Part shown: positions 43,710 to 53,626 of the stretch, piece after piece | Numbering within the stretch: the first letter of the stretch is position 1 | Layout of the letters: each line of letters opens with the position of its first letter | Virus record (IMG/VR): IMGVR_UViG_3300028534_000026 | Location: 2,128-66,127 of that record | Length of the DNA stretch: 64,000 nucleotides | DNA from: a virus | Reading direction: 5' to 3' (one strand) | Translations under genes and position numbers: made by a program | The notes under the pieces: generated by a model | Databases searched by the model: none | What the model saw: only the letters and a program-made list of their open reading frames with translations | Told to the model about the DNA's origin: nothing

Positions 43710-45925
43710 AATTAACACGATTAATACAAATCATAGTAACAGTAGTTACTATCGTGATTGTTCCTTCGGCTATTTTTGCGCAGACTTATTACGTGCGAAC
43801 GGACGGAGGAACATCATCGGAATGTACTGGACTGGTTGATGCTGCTTATCCTGGCTCAGGAGCAGCGCAGTCCTGTGCGTGGAAAAGTCCAATGATAGCA
43901 CTTCCGCCATATGATCATTCTGGCAATCCAACTGGAACACCCTTAATATCAGGAGGTGATACACTTATAATCAAGAACGGTGATTATAAGATAGGTGCCC
44001 AAGATTGGGCAGTTAATGAGTTCAATTATTGCTCATATACAAGCGCATCAAGTTGTAATATGGCGCCGATACCAAAGGGAACTCCAACAAACCACACCAG
44101 AATACTAGGTGAAGGATATGAAGATTGTCAAACAATCGGAGTAGAACTTTATGCAACAAGAGGATTAGGTGTTTTATTAAGTCTTAATGATTCCGATTAT
44201 GTTGATGTGCAATGTCTAAGACTCACCGATCATATGGCGTGTGCATCATCAACGTCATATAGTGATGATAGCCGAGAATGTATAAATGTCGATGCTGATG
44301 GTGATTGGGGAAATAATGGCATTCAAGCAGCCGACATGTATAATTGGCAAACAACAACCGACGTAACTTTAAAAGATGTTGAGATACGAGGTCTCGGCGC
44401 CAACGGCATAAAAGCAAGCGCTTATAAAAATTGGACATTTGATGGTGTTAAAATAATAGCTAATCAAATGGCAGGTTTTGATGGAGAAGTAAGTCAAAAA
44501 ATCGTTGACTGGCCCAGGGATGATAATCCTGATGATCTTGGAACAATGACTTTCAAAGACACTGAACTAGCTTGGATGGGATGTATCGAAGGTTGGCCCG
44601 ATACAACTGTACATGACGGTTGTGACTCGAATTACGGCGACGCTTTAGGAACTTTCATCGTGGGAGGGAATTGGACGTTTGATAATGTATACGTCCACCA
44701 TGTTATGTCGGATGGAATTGATTTACTATACCATATATCAAGATATAGTAAATTGCCTTTTAAAAATGGATCACAAGAAATAACTCCGACTACAGGGTAT
44801 CTTGATCAAGTTGCAAATAATAATCAACAGTTAGTTGGAGGAACTTCCAACGCTGTTGGTACAGTAGTACAAGTAGTGGTAACGAGTGGTACATGGGCAG
44901 GAGGCGATGCTGCTGGATATATTTACATGACTAGCCAGTGGGGAGATTTTACTACGGACGAGACAATAACACGTCCTGAAGGCGGAAGCGCTGTTGTATC
45001 CGGTTCGGCTATAGACCTTGATCCAGGGACAATTACTGTTAAGAATTCCAGATTTGAAGCTGTCACCGGAAACTGTATGAAAATAAGGGGCAATAAAGTA
45101 ATATATAACAATGAAGTTATTCATAATTGCAGATATTTTTCTGTAGGAAGAGGAGGGGAGAATTTAATAGCGCCAACACCAAATAATATTTTGCTATGTA
45201 GAGCCGGTGCAAGCACTATATCAGCAGGATTAAAATACGGTAATTGGGTGGTTGTTATGAATAACAGTATAATAACGGAATCGTCTGGTGGTATATCAAT
45301 AGACGGAGTAGTCGACACTTGGGGAGGGCATGATAGAAACATGGGTACAGAAGAGGCCTGGTTATATAACAATATATTTTATGCTATGCAAGGTGATAAT
45401 CATGTTACCTATGCTGACAACGTGGCGGCAGAATATGAAAACAGCATCAACTATCTAAATAATATTGCTTATAATAACTGGGATAACACTTCATTTGTGG
45501 ACGGGAATAATAATGTTATCGCTGATCCAAAATTTGTTCATGTTAGTTTAGACGGAAATAGCGTGACAACTGACGATGTATTCGACATACATATTCTCGA
45601 TGATTCCCCTGCATTAGATGCTGGAACAAATATAGGTGTTGACGCTGGCGGACATTCTACTGTCCCGTCGGTTGATAGAGTTGGTGTAACGAGAACATCC
45701 CCCGTCACTATAGGTGCATACGAATTAGCAACGGGCGTTACTCCATCTTGTTCAAATACTGCGTCCTTGTGCACAAACCAAACAGACTGTGAGACAGCTA
45801 ATTGGTATTGGTATAATGATGTGTGTAACTCATCACCTCAGCAAACAGCAATGACAAAATCACAGTTCGGGACAGGAACACCAGCTTTATTCGGTTCCGG
45901 CACACCCGTTTTATTTGGTGAATAA
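43700..45925 (+). CDS. secreted parallel beta-helix (pectin-lyase-like) protein
   Basis: Signal-like N-terminus; TYYVRTDGG start; Asn-ladder repeats; many Cys; Cys-rich C-terminal repeat. Confidence 0.75.
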   Translation: MRLKLTRLIQIIVTVVTIVIVPSAIFAQTYYVRTDGGTSSECTGLVDAAYPGSGAAQSCAWKSPMIALPPYDHSGNPTGTPLISGGDTLIIKNGDYKIGAQDWAVNEFNYCSYTSASSCNMAPIPKGTPTNHTRILGEGYEDCQTIGVELYATRGLGVLLSLNDSDYVDVQCLRLTDHMACASSTSYSDDSRECINVDADGDWGNNGIQAADMYNWQTTTDVTLKDVEIRGLGANGIKASAYKNWTFDGVKIIANQMAGFDGEVSQKIVDWPRDDNPDDLGTMTFKDTELAWMGCIEGWPDTTVHDGCDSNYGDALGTFIVGGNWTFDNVYVHHVMSDGIDLLYHISRYSKLPFKNGSQEITPTTGYLDQVANNNQQLVGGTSNAVGTVVQVVVTSGTWAGGDAAGYIYMTSQWGDFTTDETITRPEGGSAVVSGSAIDLDPGTITVKNSRFEAVTGNCMKIRGNKVIYNNEVIHNCRYFSVGRGGENLIAPTPNNILLCRAGASTISAGLKYGNWVVVMNNSIITESSGGISIDGVVDTWGGHDRNMGTEEAWLYNNIFYAMQGDNHVTYADNVAAEYENSINYLNNIAYNNWDNTSFVDGNNNVIADPKFVHVSLDGNSVTTDDVFDIHILDDSPALDAGTNIGVDAGGHSTVPSVDRVGVTRTSPVTIGAYELATGVTPSCSNTASLCTNQTDCETANWYWYNDVCNSSPQQTAMTKSQFGTGTPALFGSGTPVLFGE

Positions 45926-45926
45926 T

Positions 45927-46343
45927 ATGCGCTGACCGTGGCAGAAGAAAGCAATACCCAATCCTGAACTTATCCCTATCACAAAGGCCGAAATTTTTGA
46001 ACTACTCAAGCCATGGGGAATAACCAGCTATGAGTTAGTTGACCGAGATTGGGTACTTGTTCCTGACGATTATTGCAGGGCTGTAGCTCTTGCCAGCAAG
46101 GTGAGAGATAAACGATACATACCAGAAAAAAGAGACTGTGAGAATTTTACCCACTCATTGATTGATGCTTTTAATACTGGTGATGGCTGGATTTTTGGTG
46201 GTTGTAGAGGTAGGACAAAATCAATTGGCCCACACGCATGGTGTTTTTATATCAATGAAAATAAGAATGTCAGGTTTGTGGAACCCCAAACATATGGGAG
46301 GATTGATGATATTATTTCAGTAATGTCATTTTACACGATATGA
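45927..46343 (+). pseudogene. Cys-His (DCENF...HAW...EPQT) protein with in-frame TGA at codon 3
   Basis: ATG CGC TGA CCG TGG is in frame with the 46101 ORF; MR(W)PWQKK... reads through 138 codons. Confidence 0.55.
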
Positions 46344-46616
46344 AATTACGAAAGAAGATCGAAGAATACGATGAGTTGGTAAGGTTGAAGAAAGAGGCCA
46401 TAGCATACCTTGAGTTGTATGAAGACGACAGGATGAAGCCAGTGTTGGGGCATCATATCAGTCAACCATATGAGTATCCATCCTCACAGTATAGCCAACG
46501 GGAGGATACTTACTGAGCTTGAGAAAGAACTGCGAGCTTCAGCCATTAATGCCATAAAAATGGCTTTGGTAAGAACCAACCACAGGACAGAAAAATTACA
46601 AAAGGAGCTGTCATAA
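46340..46616 (+). pseudogene. helical protein gene with one extra base
   Basis: ATGA-coupled start; span 277 nt (3n+1); deleting one G at 46447-46450 gives a continuous 91-aa ORF. Confidence 0.45.
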
Positions 46617-47143
46617 AATTTATCATCAAAGCAGAACAAGCAGCAGATGAAACTGTTTTCGGGTTAATCCTCAAAATGCTGGCTATGGGTGCGGATAAGG
46701 AATCTTGGGCCGGTGGTGTAACATACTTCATCACTAAGAACGAGGTGCTAGCTAAGCCTTACATCCCTGTCGCCATTGAAAAGAAGATTGATATACAGGA
46801 TTATCCGCTTTGGTTGAGAGTTCCTGATGCTGTGGTCGATGACTATGTTCCGGCTGACTGGCCTGATGCTACTGACCTTGACGAGAATGACGAGACTCAG
46901 AAGAAAAAGTTTTGGGAATATACTCCTGTCAAAAGAGGAATAAACGGAGAGTCCCTCGTCCGGATGAACCATTTCCCTGGTAGAGCAACAGCAGATAATA
47001 CTTTCAGTTCAACCTCGGTACCATTCTCACCGGAAGAAACCGACAGATACCTTACCTTGGTTTCCGGGGATGTATCAAAGGTCGTTTACGGGTCTATCTT
47101 AAACCAGTGGCTGGCGGATAACACAGCCCAAGAGTCACCATGA
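46613..47143 (+). CDS. hypothetical protein, probable start ATA at 46613
   Basis: AAGGAG-N5-ATA is in frame with the 46676 ORF and overlaps the upstream TAA. Confidence 0.6.
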   Translation: MKFIIKAEQAADETVFGLILKMLAMGADKESWAGGVTYFITKNEVLAKPYIPVAIEKKIDIQDYPLWLRVPDAVVDDYVPADWPDATDLDENDETQKKKFWEYTPVKRGINGESLVRMNHFPGRATADNTFSSTSVPFSPEETDRYLTLVSGDVSKVVYGSILNQWLADNTAQESP

Positions 47144-47535
47144 AAAATTTGATTGAATCCATATGGAGGAACGAGGGGTTCAGGCCAAGACCCTACCAGG
47201 ACCACCTCGGGGTGTGGACTTTTGGAGTTGGGTTTACTTATATTACAGAAGATGAGTCTCTTTATATCCTCCGGGGCCGCGTTAATCAGTTATATACCTG
47301 GCTCGATCCTGATATAAGCCCTCTACGAGAGGCTCAACAAGAGGTTCTTGTTGAAATGGCGTACCAATTAGGATATGATGGCCTCAAGAAGTTCGAGAAA
47401 ATGTGGTTGGCTATTCAGGCCGGCGACTGTGAAACCGCTGTCAAAGAAATGCTGGACAGCAAGTGGGCCTCACAGACGCCGAGCAGGGCCAACCGCCTGG
47501 CTATAAAATTCTATGATGGAGGGCGTGATGAATAA
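47140..47535 (+). CDS. endolysin, T4-like lysozyme (GH24)
   Basis: NEGFRPRPYQDHLGVWTFGVG; EMAYQLG; EMLDSKWASQTPSRA. Confidence 0.9.
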   Translation: MKNLIESIWRNEGFRPRPYQDHLGVWTFGVGFTYITEDESLYILRGRVNQLYTWLDPDISPLREAQQEVLVEMAYQLGYDGLKKFEKMWLAIQAGDCETAVKEMLDSKWASQTPSRANRLAIKFYDGGRDE

Positions 47536-48295
47536 GAAGCTTTTTATCCCCTTGTTACTGGCCCCTTTCCTACTGTCCGGGTGTTTCCTGACCAATGTAC
47601 AGACAGGAAAGCAGGTCAAAACCGAGACCAAAAAAGATGGTACAGTAATCAAGACCGAAACAGACAGGCCACTAGGGGACACCCAGTTTGACTACCAACA
47701 GTCTGTTCAGAAGGCTGTGGAAGAGGCGGCCAAATCAGATGTGGCTCGGGCCAAGGCCATCAGGGACGTAACTGTCAACACTATGAAGACAGCACAGACC
47801 AAAACAGAGGCTACTTTGGTTGGAGTGTTTGGTGCCCTGGCCCTGGAGAGAATGCAGTCTGCTATTCCGCAGACACTAAACTCCATGCAGGATCGTCCTC
47901 TCACGGCATCAGAAGCCGGGATAGAATATTTGAAACAGATAGCCAACTTCGCGTGGACTGTTCCTGTTACTGTTTCCGTAATGGAGGCCAACAAGACAGC
48001 CAGGACAGCGGCTGAAAATTCAGGCTCACATACCACTGTCACCGGGACCGGGAATTCGACTTATGTGAAGGACACCAAAACAATTTCCAATAACACCAAC
48101 TACATTAAGGGGGATAATAATAACCCGACAAATACAACCAGCCAGTCAGCGGACTGTCCGACTGGTAACTGTGGGTCCAGTGGGTTTACCCTTGACTCCT
48201 GTATATCGAATCCGCCTGGCGGGGTTATAAATGGTATTCCGTACTGGACTGCTGCCGGGTGCTCTTGTGAATCTCATGCCGCCGGGAGGTGCTAA
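47528..48295 (+). CDS. lipoprotein next to endolysin (spanin-like or envelope protein)
   Basis: Lipobox LLSGC; helical middle; Cys-rich C-terminus. Confidence 0.65.
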   Translation: MNKKLFIPLLLAPFLLSGCFLTNVQTGKQVKTETKKDGTVIKTETDRPLGDTQFDYQQSVQKAVEEAAKSDVARAKAIRDVTVNTMKTAQTKTEATLVGVFGALALERMQSAIPQTLNSMQDRPLTASEAGIEYLKQIANFAWTVPVTVSVMEANKTARTAAENSGSHTTVTGTGNSTYVKDTKTISNNTNYIKGDNNNPTNTTSQSADCPTGNCGSSGFTLDSCISNPPGGVINGIPYWTAAGCSCESHAAGRC

Positions 48296-48513
48296 TGAAG
48301 AGTAAAATTATTTTGAAGGAAGCCGTGCCGAATAAGGAGAGGAAATTTGGATCTCAAACCAAATACTTCCCGGCCAAGTTGGTATTGGACACGGGTGAGG
48401 AGATTAAAGCCCTGTTTACTTATGACCAGTTGGAGGTGGCCCGATCCAGGGCCAGTAGGAATTTGGAGGATTTCCCGGAAGAAGAATCCTTCTGGGATTT
48501 CCTGAACCTTTAA
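48295..48513 (+). CDS. hypothetical protein
   Basis: TAATG overlap with GGAGG RBS. Confidence 0.6.
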   Translation: MKSKIILKEAVPNKERKFGSQTKYFPAKLVLDTGEEIKALFTYDQLEVARSRASRNLEDFPEEESFWDFLNL

Positions 48514-48520
48514 TGAATGT

Positions 48521-48549
48521 AGCCGGTCGGGGATCCGACCGGCTTTTTC
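48521..48549 (+). terminator. terminator between convergent late and replication units
   Basis: AGCCGGTCGG/CCGACCGGCT 10-bp stem plus T run. Confidence 0.85.
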
Positions 48550-48552
48550 TTA

Positions 48553-48894
48553 TCATCCTTCCATCTCTCTTAACATTAACTCTAGCCTAGCAAGAGCATT
48601 CCATGCGGCGTGTCCTGCATGTAGGATACCAAAGTCTTTTGCTATTGCCTCACCCTCAGCTTCTTTAAGTGTGTGCCGGTATAAGGAGTCTGTATACCTT
48701 TCTATGCCGTTTGGTACATCCATCCACCCGTTATCAGAATATTTAGCTGCGCCAAAAGTTCCTACTTTGGCTACTTCCGAGAGGGCCCTTGGGAACCCAT
48801 GCAATACCAGCCCAACCCTGGGCTTCCCTTCATCAAGTTTGGCCCCCGGTTCGTGTGGGGTTCTCCCTGTGGGGTCTTTTTCAATCTCCCTCAT
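48553..48894 (-). CDS. dATP/dGTP diphosphohydrolase-domain protein (DUF5664-like)
   Basis: GAKLDEGKPR...VAKVGTFGAAKYSDNGW...RYTDSLYRH...HAGHAAWNAL. Confidence 0.85.
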   Translation of the reverse strand: MREIEKDPTGRTPHEPGAKLDEGKPRVGLVLHGFPRALSEVAKVGTFGAAKYSDNGWMDVPNGIERYTDSLYRHTLKEAEGEAIAKDFGILHAGHAAWNALARLELMLREMEG

Positions 48895-50249
48895 GCCTTC
48901 TTCACCTCATTTATACAGTATTCAAGTGTATCAGCTTCTTCCTTATCCTTAAATCTGGTCTCCACGAAGCGGCCATGGTCAAGACACATGGTGGTCCTGT
49001 CTGTCTTATCAGTAGTTATGCCGGTAAATCTCCCGGTGACTATTTTTCCCTTGCGGTCATTCCACCAGTCTACACCAAGCAACCTCTCTTCATCCGAAAA
49101 CCCATTACCTAGCCTGGACACCAGCTTACCACAGGAGGTCTTTACGATCAGGCCACCAAGGTGGTATGCCCATTTCTTCCCCTTATCCCCGTGATAGGCT
49201 TCAATGATTTCAAACTCAGCCTCAGCTTCCGGCTTCAGTTTCACTCCATATGGGGTCCCGGACTGCTGATCCTTCCAGAACAGCTTGTCAGTCTCTTTTA
49301 CCATGGCGCCCTCTTCATCCCTCTTTCTGGCAGCACGGTAAAACTCCATAGCCTCTTCAAGCGAGCCGACTGTAGTCGTTTCACTTAATTTGATCTGTCC
49401 TCCTCCAGAACAACAGCGTGAGTCCAAGAGAATTGTATCCTGATAAGACCGCTTGGATACCCTTGCTTCGAACTCTTTCTCAGTAATAAACCCCCATGTG
49501 ACGTAGTGAATGTCCTTTATCCTCTTGGGGTCTCCTTTGCCAGATATAAAGGAGTTGATTATTCCATTTCCCTCTTTTCTCGGTAAGTACCTTCCGTCCG
49601 GTCCCATGACAAGGAGTTCCCCCATCCTGACAGTGGGTTCCCCGATTGTAGCGTCAACCAGAGGAAGCCAGCTATTATCAATTACCTTCCTGAACTCAGG
49701 CCCGAGGTCAAATGTACTACCATTCCTGGACAAGAAATAATCTTCCCCCCTGGCTGTGAACAGGTAGGCGAATTGCCCGTCCATCTTCAACTGTGCTACC
49801 ACTGTCCCTCGACTGAAGTCAATTTTGTGGATACTGGAGAAAGATTTGTACCGCTGGTATGGTACCTCATACACCCACCCCTTCTTCACCCCATTGAACA
49901 CTTTTGCACGGGCGCCACACCGCAGGTCTTTCTTCAGTATTTTTAACACAACCTCCCGAGCGGGCCCGGAGCCACAGGCATCTGAAAGCTCCTGGGCTTC
50001 CTCCATGGTTGTTCCTTTTTTCTCTGCCATGGAGTCCAATATGCTGAAGATAGTTCCTCTGTGGACAGGTTTCGGCTCTGTTACCGGCTCCGGTAGGTCT
50101 GTCAGATCATATGACCTATCTTGGTCCAGAGCGTATTTCACCACCCTGTTGAACAGGGCGTTGTCTTCATACTTCTTAATGACTGCTTTCTTCTCTTTCA
50201 CCCCGGAAACCGAGGCTATCTCATCAATGATTCTCTTTACCGTTTCCAT
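48891..50249 (-). CDS. ATP-dependent DNA ligase
   Basis: AQLKMDG (KxDG), MGELLV, EEGAMVK and KLKPE motifs. Confidence 0.9.
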   Translation of the reverse strand: METVKRIIDEIASVSGVKEKKAVIKKYEDNALFNRVVKYALDQDRSYDLTDLPEPVTEPKPVHRGTIFSILDSMAEKKGTTMEEAQELSDACGSGPAREVVLKILKKDLRCGARAKVFNGVKKGWVYEVPYQRYKSFSSIHKIDFSRGTVVAQLKMDGQFAYLFTARGEDYFLSRNGSTFDLGPEFRKVIDNSWLPLVDATIGEPTVRMGELLVMGPDGRYLPRKEGNGIINSFISGKGDPKRIKDIHYVTWGFITEKEFEARVSKRSYQDTILLDSRCCSGGGQIKLSETTTVGSLEEAMEFYRAARKRDEEGAMVKETDKLFWKDQQSGTPYGVKLKPEAEAEFEIIEAYHGDKGKKWAYHLGGLIVKTSCGKLVSRLGNGFSDEERLLGVDWWNDRKGKIVTGRFTGITTDKTDRTTMCLDHGRFVETRFKDKEEADTLEYCINEVKKA

Positions 50250-50250
50250 A

Positions 50251-50949
50251 TTATTTCTCCAATGACCCCCACTGATCAGCTATGGCATCTGCCATGCCTT
50301 GAAATGTTTTACTTCTGTCTCTTTTCCTGGTCTTTTTGTCAGCGTTTGAACACCATTCCGGTATCCACTTCCCTGAGCTCTGGTACTGAAGTTTACCATA
50401 TCCGTCTCGTGTAGGTCTTGAACCCTTACAGGCAGAGCAGTCTTCACCAACAGGGAAAGTGCGTCCACAGGCACAGGACGTTATCTTTTCCAACATGTTT
50501 GTAGGCTTCAGTTCAGGGAGATTATGTAAAGCAAACCCAGTTTTCTTTTGTATTGGCTCCCCAAACCAGGCCGGATGAACATACTGTACCGGTCTGATAT
50601 ACTTAAATATCACACTTAACGGGTTTTCCAGAGCAACTCGTGGCGAGTATGCTTTCGCCAGCTCCCATAATTCTGTAGTCCATTTGATTGCTGCAATTCT
50701 TTCATAGTGTTTTGGCTTCCCTTTCCCGTAATGCCGATTCCCGGACAGTGCCATAGCCGTACAATCCGGGTGAAGCACTATCAAGTCCCATCCACCCAGT
50801 TTTATGGCCTCCATCACATCCATTTGAAGGTGGAATTCCGGGTGGCGCCCTCTGGTGGGCTGCAGATCACAAGACCACGCTTCGTGGCCTCTGTCAAGGA
50901 ACGCCTGACAAACTGTCTGGCTCTCTTCACAGCCTATTAGGACTCTCAT
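50251..50949 (-). CDS. DNA cytosine-5 methyltransferase-like protein
   Basis: VLIGCEESQ...AWSCDL, HPDCT, ALENP, KKT, RSKTFQGMADAIADQWG. Confidence 0.7.
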   Translation of the reverse strand: MRVLIGCEESQTVCQAFLDRGHEAWSCDLQPTRGRHPEFHLQMDVMEAIKLGGWDLIVLHPDCTAMALSGNRHYGKGKPKHYERIAAIKWTTELWELAKAYSPRVALENPLSVIFKYIRPVQYVHPAWFGEPIQKKTGFALHNLPELKPTNMLEKITSCACGRTFPVGEDCSACKGSRPTRDGYGKLQYQSSGKWIPEWCSNADKKTRKRDRSKTFQGMADAIADQWGSLEK

Positions 50950-51491
50950 TACTGTTCCTCCATGGATATCATTTTCATAATTTTATCAGGGTCATACCTC
51001 TTCACTTTGTAGTTACCACAAGGCCGTGGTTCACAACAGTACCCACCACGAAAAGCACATTGAGGTACCATATGCCTTGACAGGTCTGGGTCAATACCTC
51101 TCAGGGTGTTTTTGACGGCCTGGATAACTTCCCTTGTCTCGGGCGATGCTTGATAACAAAGCCTTTTTTGGGCTATGTTGATAATGCTCTCAGCATTACA
51201 CCACAGCGTGGTGTCTACCGGAGTGTACCGGTTCTCAGTCTTATCCCCTCCTCGGTCATCCCTCTTTGATGTGACAAACGGGACCGTGGTTACATGCCTG
51301 ACCAAATGGGTCGACACAAAGGCATAAATGTCCTCCAGTATTATTTCAAATATCTGTGTCCTGATGGGGCTGTGCATCCATGTGTATATTTGGTCAAGGT
51401 TTGCGTGACTGACAAAGCCCTTCTCCATGGTTGCTTCAATTGCTCTTCTTGCTTCTTTAATACCCGTGTGCTTAATAATTGTTACATTCAT
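50949..51491 (-). CDS. thyX: FAD-dependent thymidylate synthase (ThyX-like)
   Basis: MHSPIR, VSTHLVRH...SKRDD, NIAQKRLCYQAS, VPQCAFRGG. Confidence 0.8.
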   Translation of the reverse strand: MNVTIIKHTGIKEARRAIEATMEKGFVSHANLDQIYTWMHSPIRTQIFEIILEDIYAFVSTHLVRHVTTVPFVTSKRDDRGGDKTENRYTPVDTTLWCNAESIINIAQKRLCYQASPETREVIQAVKNTLRGIDPDLSRHMVPQCAFRGGYCCEPRPCGNYKVKRYDPDKIMKMISMEEQ

Positions 51492-53626
51492 CCATTTTCT
51501 CCTATGATTATGCGCTGATCACATACTTCTACCGAATCATTGTCATGAGTAATCATTATATTCTGGCCGGGGATTGACTTGATAGCTGCGATGATGGCCG
51601 CGGCTGTCTCCCTGTCAGCGCCATCAAGAGGCTCATCCCACAGCATACACTCACACCTTTCCGCAAATATGGCTCTCAGGGCAGCCCTCAGGGACACCCC
51701 GAGAACAGTCCTCTCAGATCCTGACAGCCTCTTAAAGGGTTTTCCGTTTACCAAGAACCCTGTCTCTGTCCTGACAACTTCCACCTGGTCCCCCATAATA
51801 CTGGAATATTGGGAGCTGACATATACCAAAATATTCGACCAGACTTGGTTCAAGACTTTTACCTTGGCTGTCTTTACATTGGCTACCAATTTCCGGTTTC
51901 TTTCGTCTCTCCTTATAGACTCTTTTAATTCTTCTATTCTTTTCTTCTCCCCCTGTATCACTGCGTTGTTGGCTTTTATAGCGTCCTGCGTTCTTTGGAT
52001 AACTCTTTCCGCCCCCCTCTTCTGCTCTTCTACTCTTCTTATTTTCCCTCTCAGGGCTTCATTGTTGTCCCTCAGAGCCTGGGCTTGGTCAGCCATGTGT
52101 TTGTACTCGGGAAGCTCCGGTCGGTTACTGAGGGCTTCCTGAAGACCTTTCAGCTCAGATTCTGCGATTACTCTCTTTTTATTCTTTGTTTCTATTCTGC
52201 TGGTGAGACTCTTCACAAGCTCTGCAGAGGCGTCGTATTCCTGAATCAGCTCCAGATTTGTTTGGTAATTCTCCTCAGACCAGCTCCCTTTAACAGTAGG
52301 GTCATCAGCATACTGTACTTCGTAAGGCACTACAGACCGCTTAATGATGAACCCGACATCCTGAAACCTGTCAAGTCCGGCCTGTATAGCGTCATTCTCC
52401 TTCTTAATCTGCTCAAGGGTCTCTATATCCTCAAACTCAGTAAGCTTGGCTTCTACTTTGCTTAACTCCTTTTCCTTCTTCCTGATCTGGTCCTGGAGTT
52501 CTTTGTTGATTTTCTCATACCTATCTGATAAGTCAGTACCACAGGTCCTGCAGACCATGTTCTCACTAGAAACAATCTGCTTTCTGAGGGCCCGGATGTC
52601 AGCAGACAACTCGGCGGCCTGGAGCTCGATACTTGTCTTGGCTTTTCTCTTGAGAGATATCTCTTCCAGCAGGCTCTCAACATCCCCTTCCCACACAGTG
52701 TCCGGCTCTTCCAGCCCAGTTGCCCACAGGTACGCCTCTCTCCTTCTGACCATGGTGGGCCACTCAGACACAAATTTCCTGGCTGTTTTGACTTCATCTT
52801 CAGAAAACACCGGGATATCCGCCAGCTGTCTGATTAATTCCTCTGCCTCTTTACCGAGATCTTTGATAAGTTTTTCTTTCCATAGGGCCTGTTCTTTTAA
52901 GGACTTTACTCTTCTCTCCTCATCCTTGACCCGATCCATTTCTTCCATAAGCAGGCCTAGGTCTGAAATGGCTTTTCTTTTCTGCTGTGTAGTCTCGGTG
53001 ATAAAGTCCTCAAGTTCCTTGACTCTGACTTTGTATGGCTCTAAGTCCTCGAATTCCACGGTTCTAGCTTCAGCCAGTCTTCCTTTTGCTTCCTCCAGAA
53101 ATTCTTGGTAGATTTTTTTACTGCCGTATGGGAACGCTTCCTCCACCTTTTTAATAATTTCATCAATCTTGGAAAAGCCTGCTACTGATTCGATGAACTT
53201 ATTCACCTCCCCTGACTTACCGGACAGGACCCCGGTCACCATATTCTGTTCGGCTGCCATTATTTTATCTTCTGACCCTGGTTTCAGCCCGAGCTGCTCC
53301 CGGATGAAGTCGGAAACCTTCGCCTGTCCTGAGATTTTTACACCCTTCCCGGTTACCATGGCTGATGACTTGGATCTGGTGACCACATAGTCTCCAATTT
53401 CTACCCTGACCTTGAGGCTGGACTCCTTTTCGCCCTGCCTGACAGTATCAGCAAGGTTGGCTTCAAGCATACCTGCTCCGAACAGTCCATACAGGGTGGC
53501 CTGGATGACAGCAGTGGACTTCCCCCGCTTGTTCTTCCCGGTCACCACAACAAATCCGCTCTGGTACTCGATTTTTATATGTTCGTGGATACCAAAATTC
53601 CACGCTTCAGTTGATTTCAATAACAT
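51488..53626 (-). CDS. sbcC: SbcC/Rad50-like ATPase
   Basis: GKNKRGKS Walker A; CRTCG hook; LSGSE signature; LWDEP Walker B; MITH. Confidence 0.9.
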   Translation of the reverse strand: MLLKSTEAWNFGIHEHIKIEYQSGFVVVTGKNKRGKSTAVIQATLYGLFGAGMLEANLADTVRQGEKESSLKVRVEIGDYVVTRSKSSAMVTGKGVKISGQAKVSDFIREQLGLKPGSEDKIMAAEQNMVTGVLSGKSGEVNKFIESVAGFSKIDEIIKKVEEAFPYGSKKIYQEFLEEAKGRLAEARTVEFEDLEPYKVRVKELEDFITETTQQKRKAISDLGLLMEEMDRVKDEERRVKSLKEQALWKEKLIKDLGKEAEELIRQLADIPVFSEDEVKTARKFVSEWPTMVRRREAYLWATGLEEPDTVWEGDVESLLEEISLKRKAKTSIELQAAELSADIRALRKQIVSSENMVCRTCGTDLSDRYEKINKELQDQIRKKEKELSKVEAKLTEFEDIETLEQIKKENDAIQAGLDRFQDVGFIIKRSVVPYEVQYADDPTVKGSWSEENYQTNLELIQEYDASAELVKSLTSRIETKNKKRVIAESELKGLQEALSNRPELPEYKHMADQAQALRDNNEALRGKIRRVEEQKRGAERVIQRTQDAIKANNAVIQGEKKRIEELKESIRRDERNRKLVANVKTAKVKVLNQVWSNILVYVSSQYSSIMGDQVEVVRTETGFLVNGKPFKRLSGSERTVLGVSLRAALRAIFAERCECMLWDEPLDGADRETAAAIIAAIKSIPGQNIMITHDNDSVEVCDQRIIIGENG

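Noticed and set aside
45933-45935. Genome-wide TGA recoding
   Set aside because: Many genes end in TGA with ATGA overlaps, so the standard code holds.
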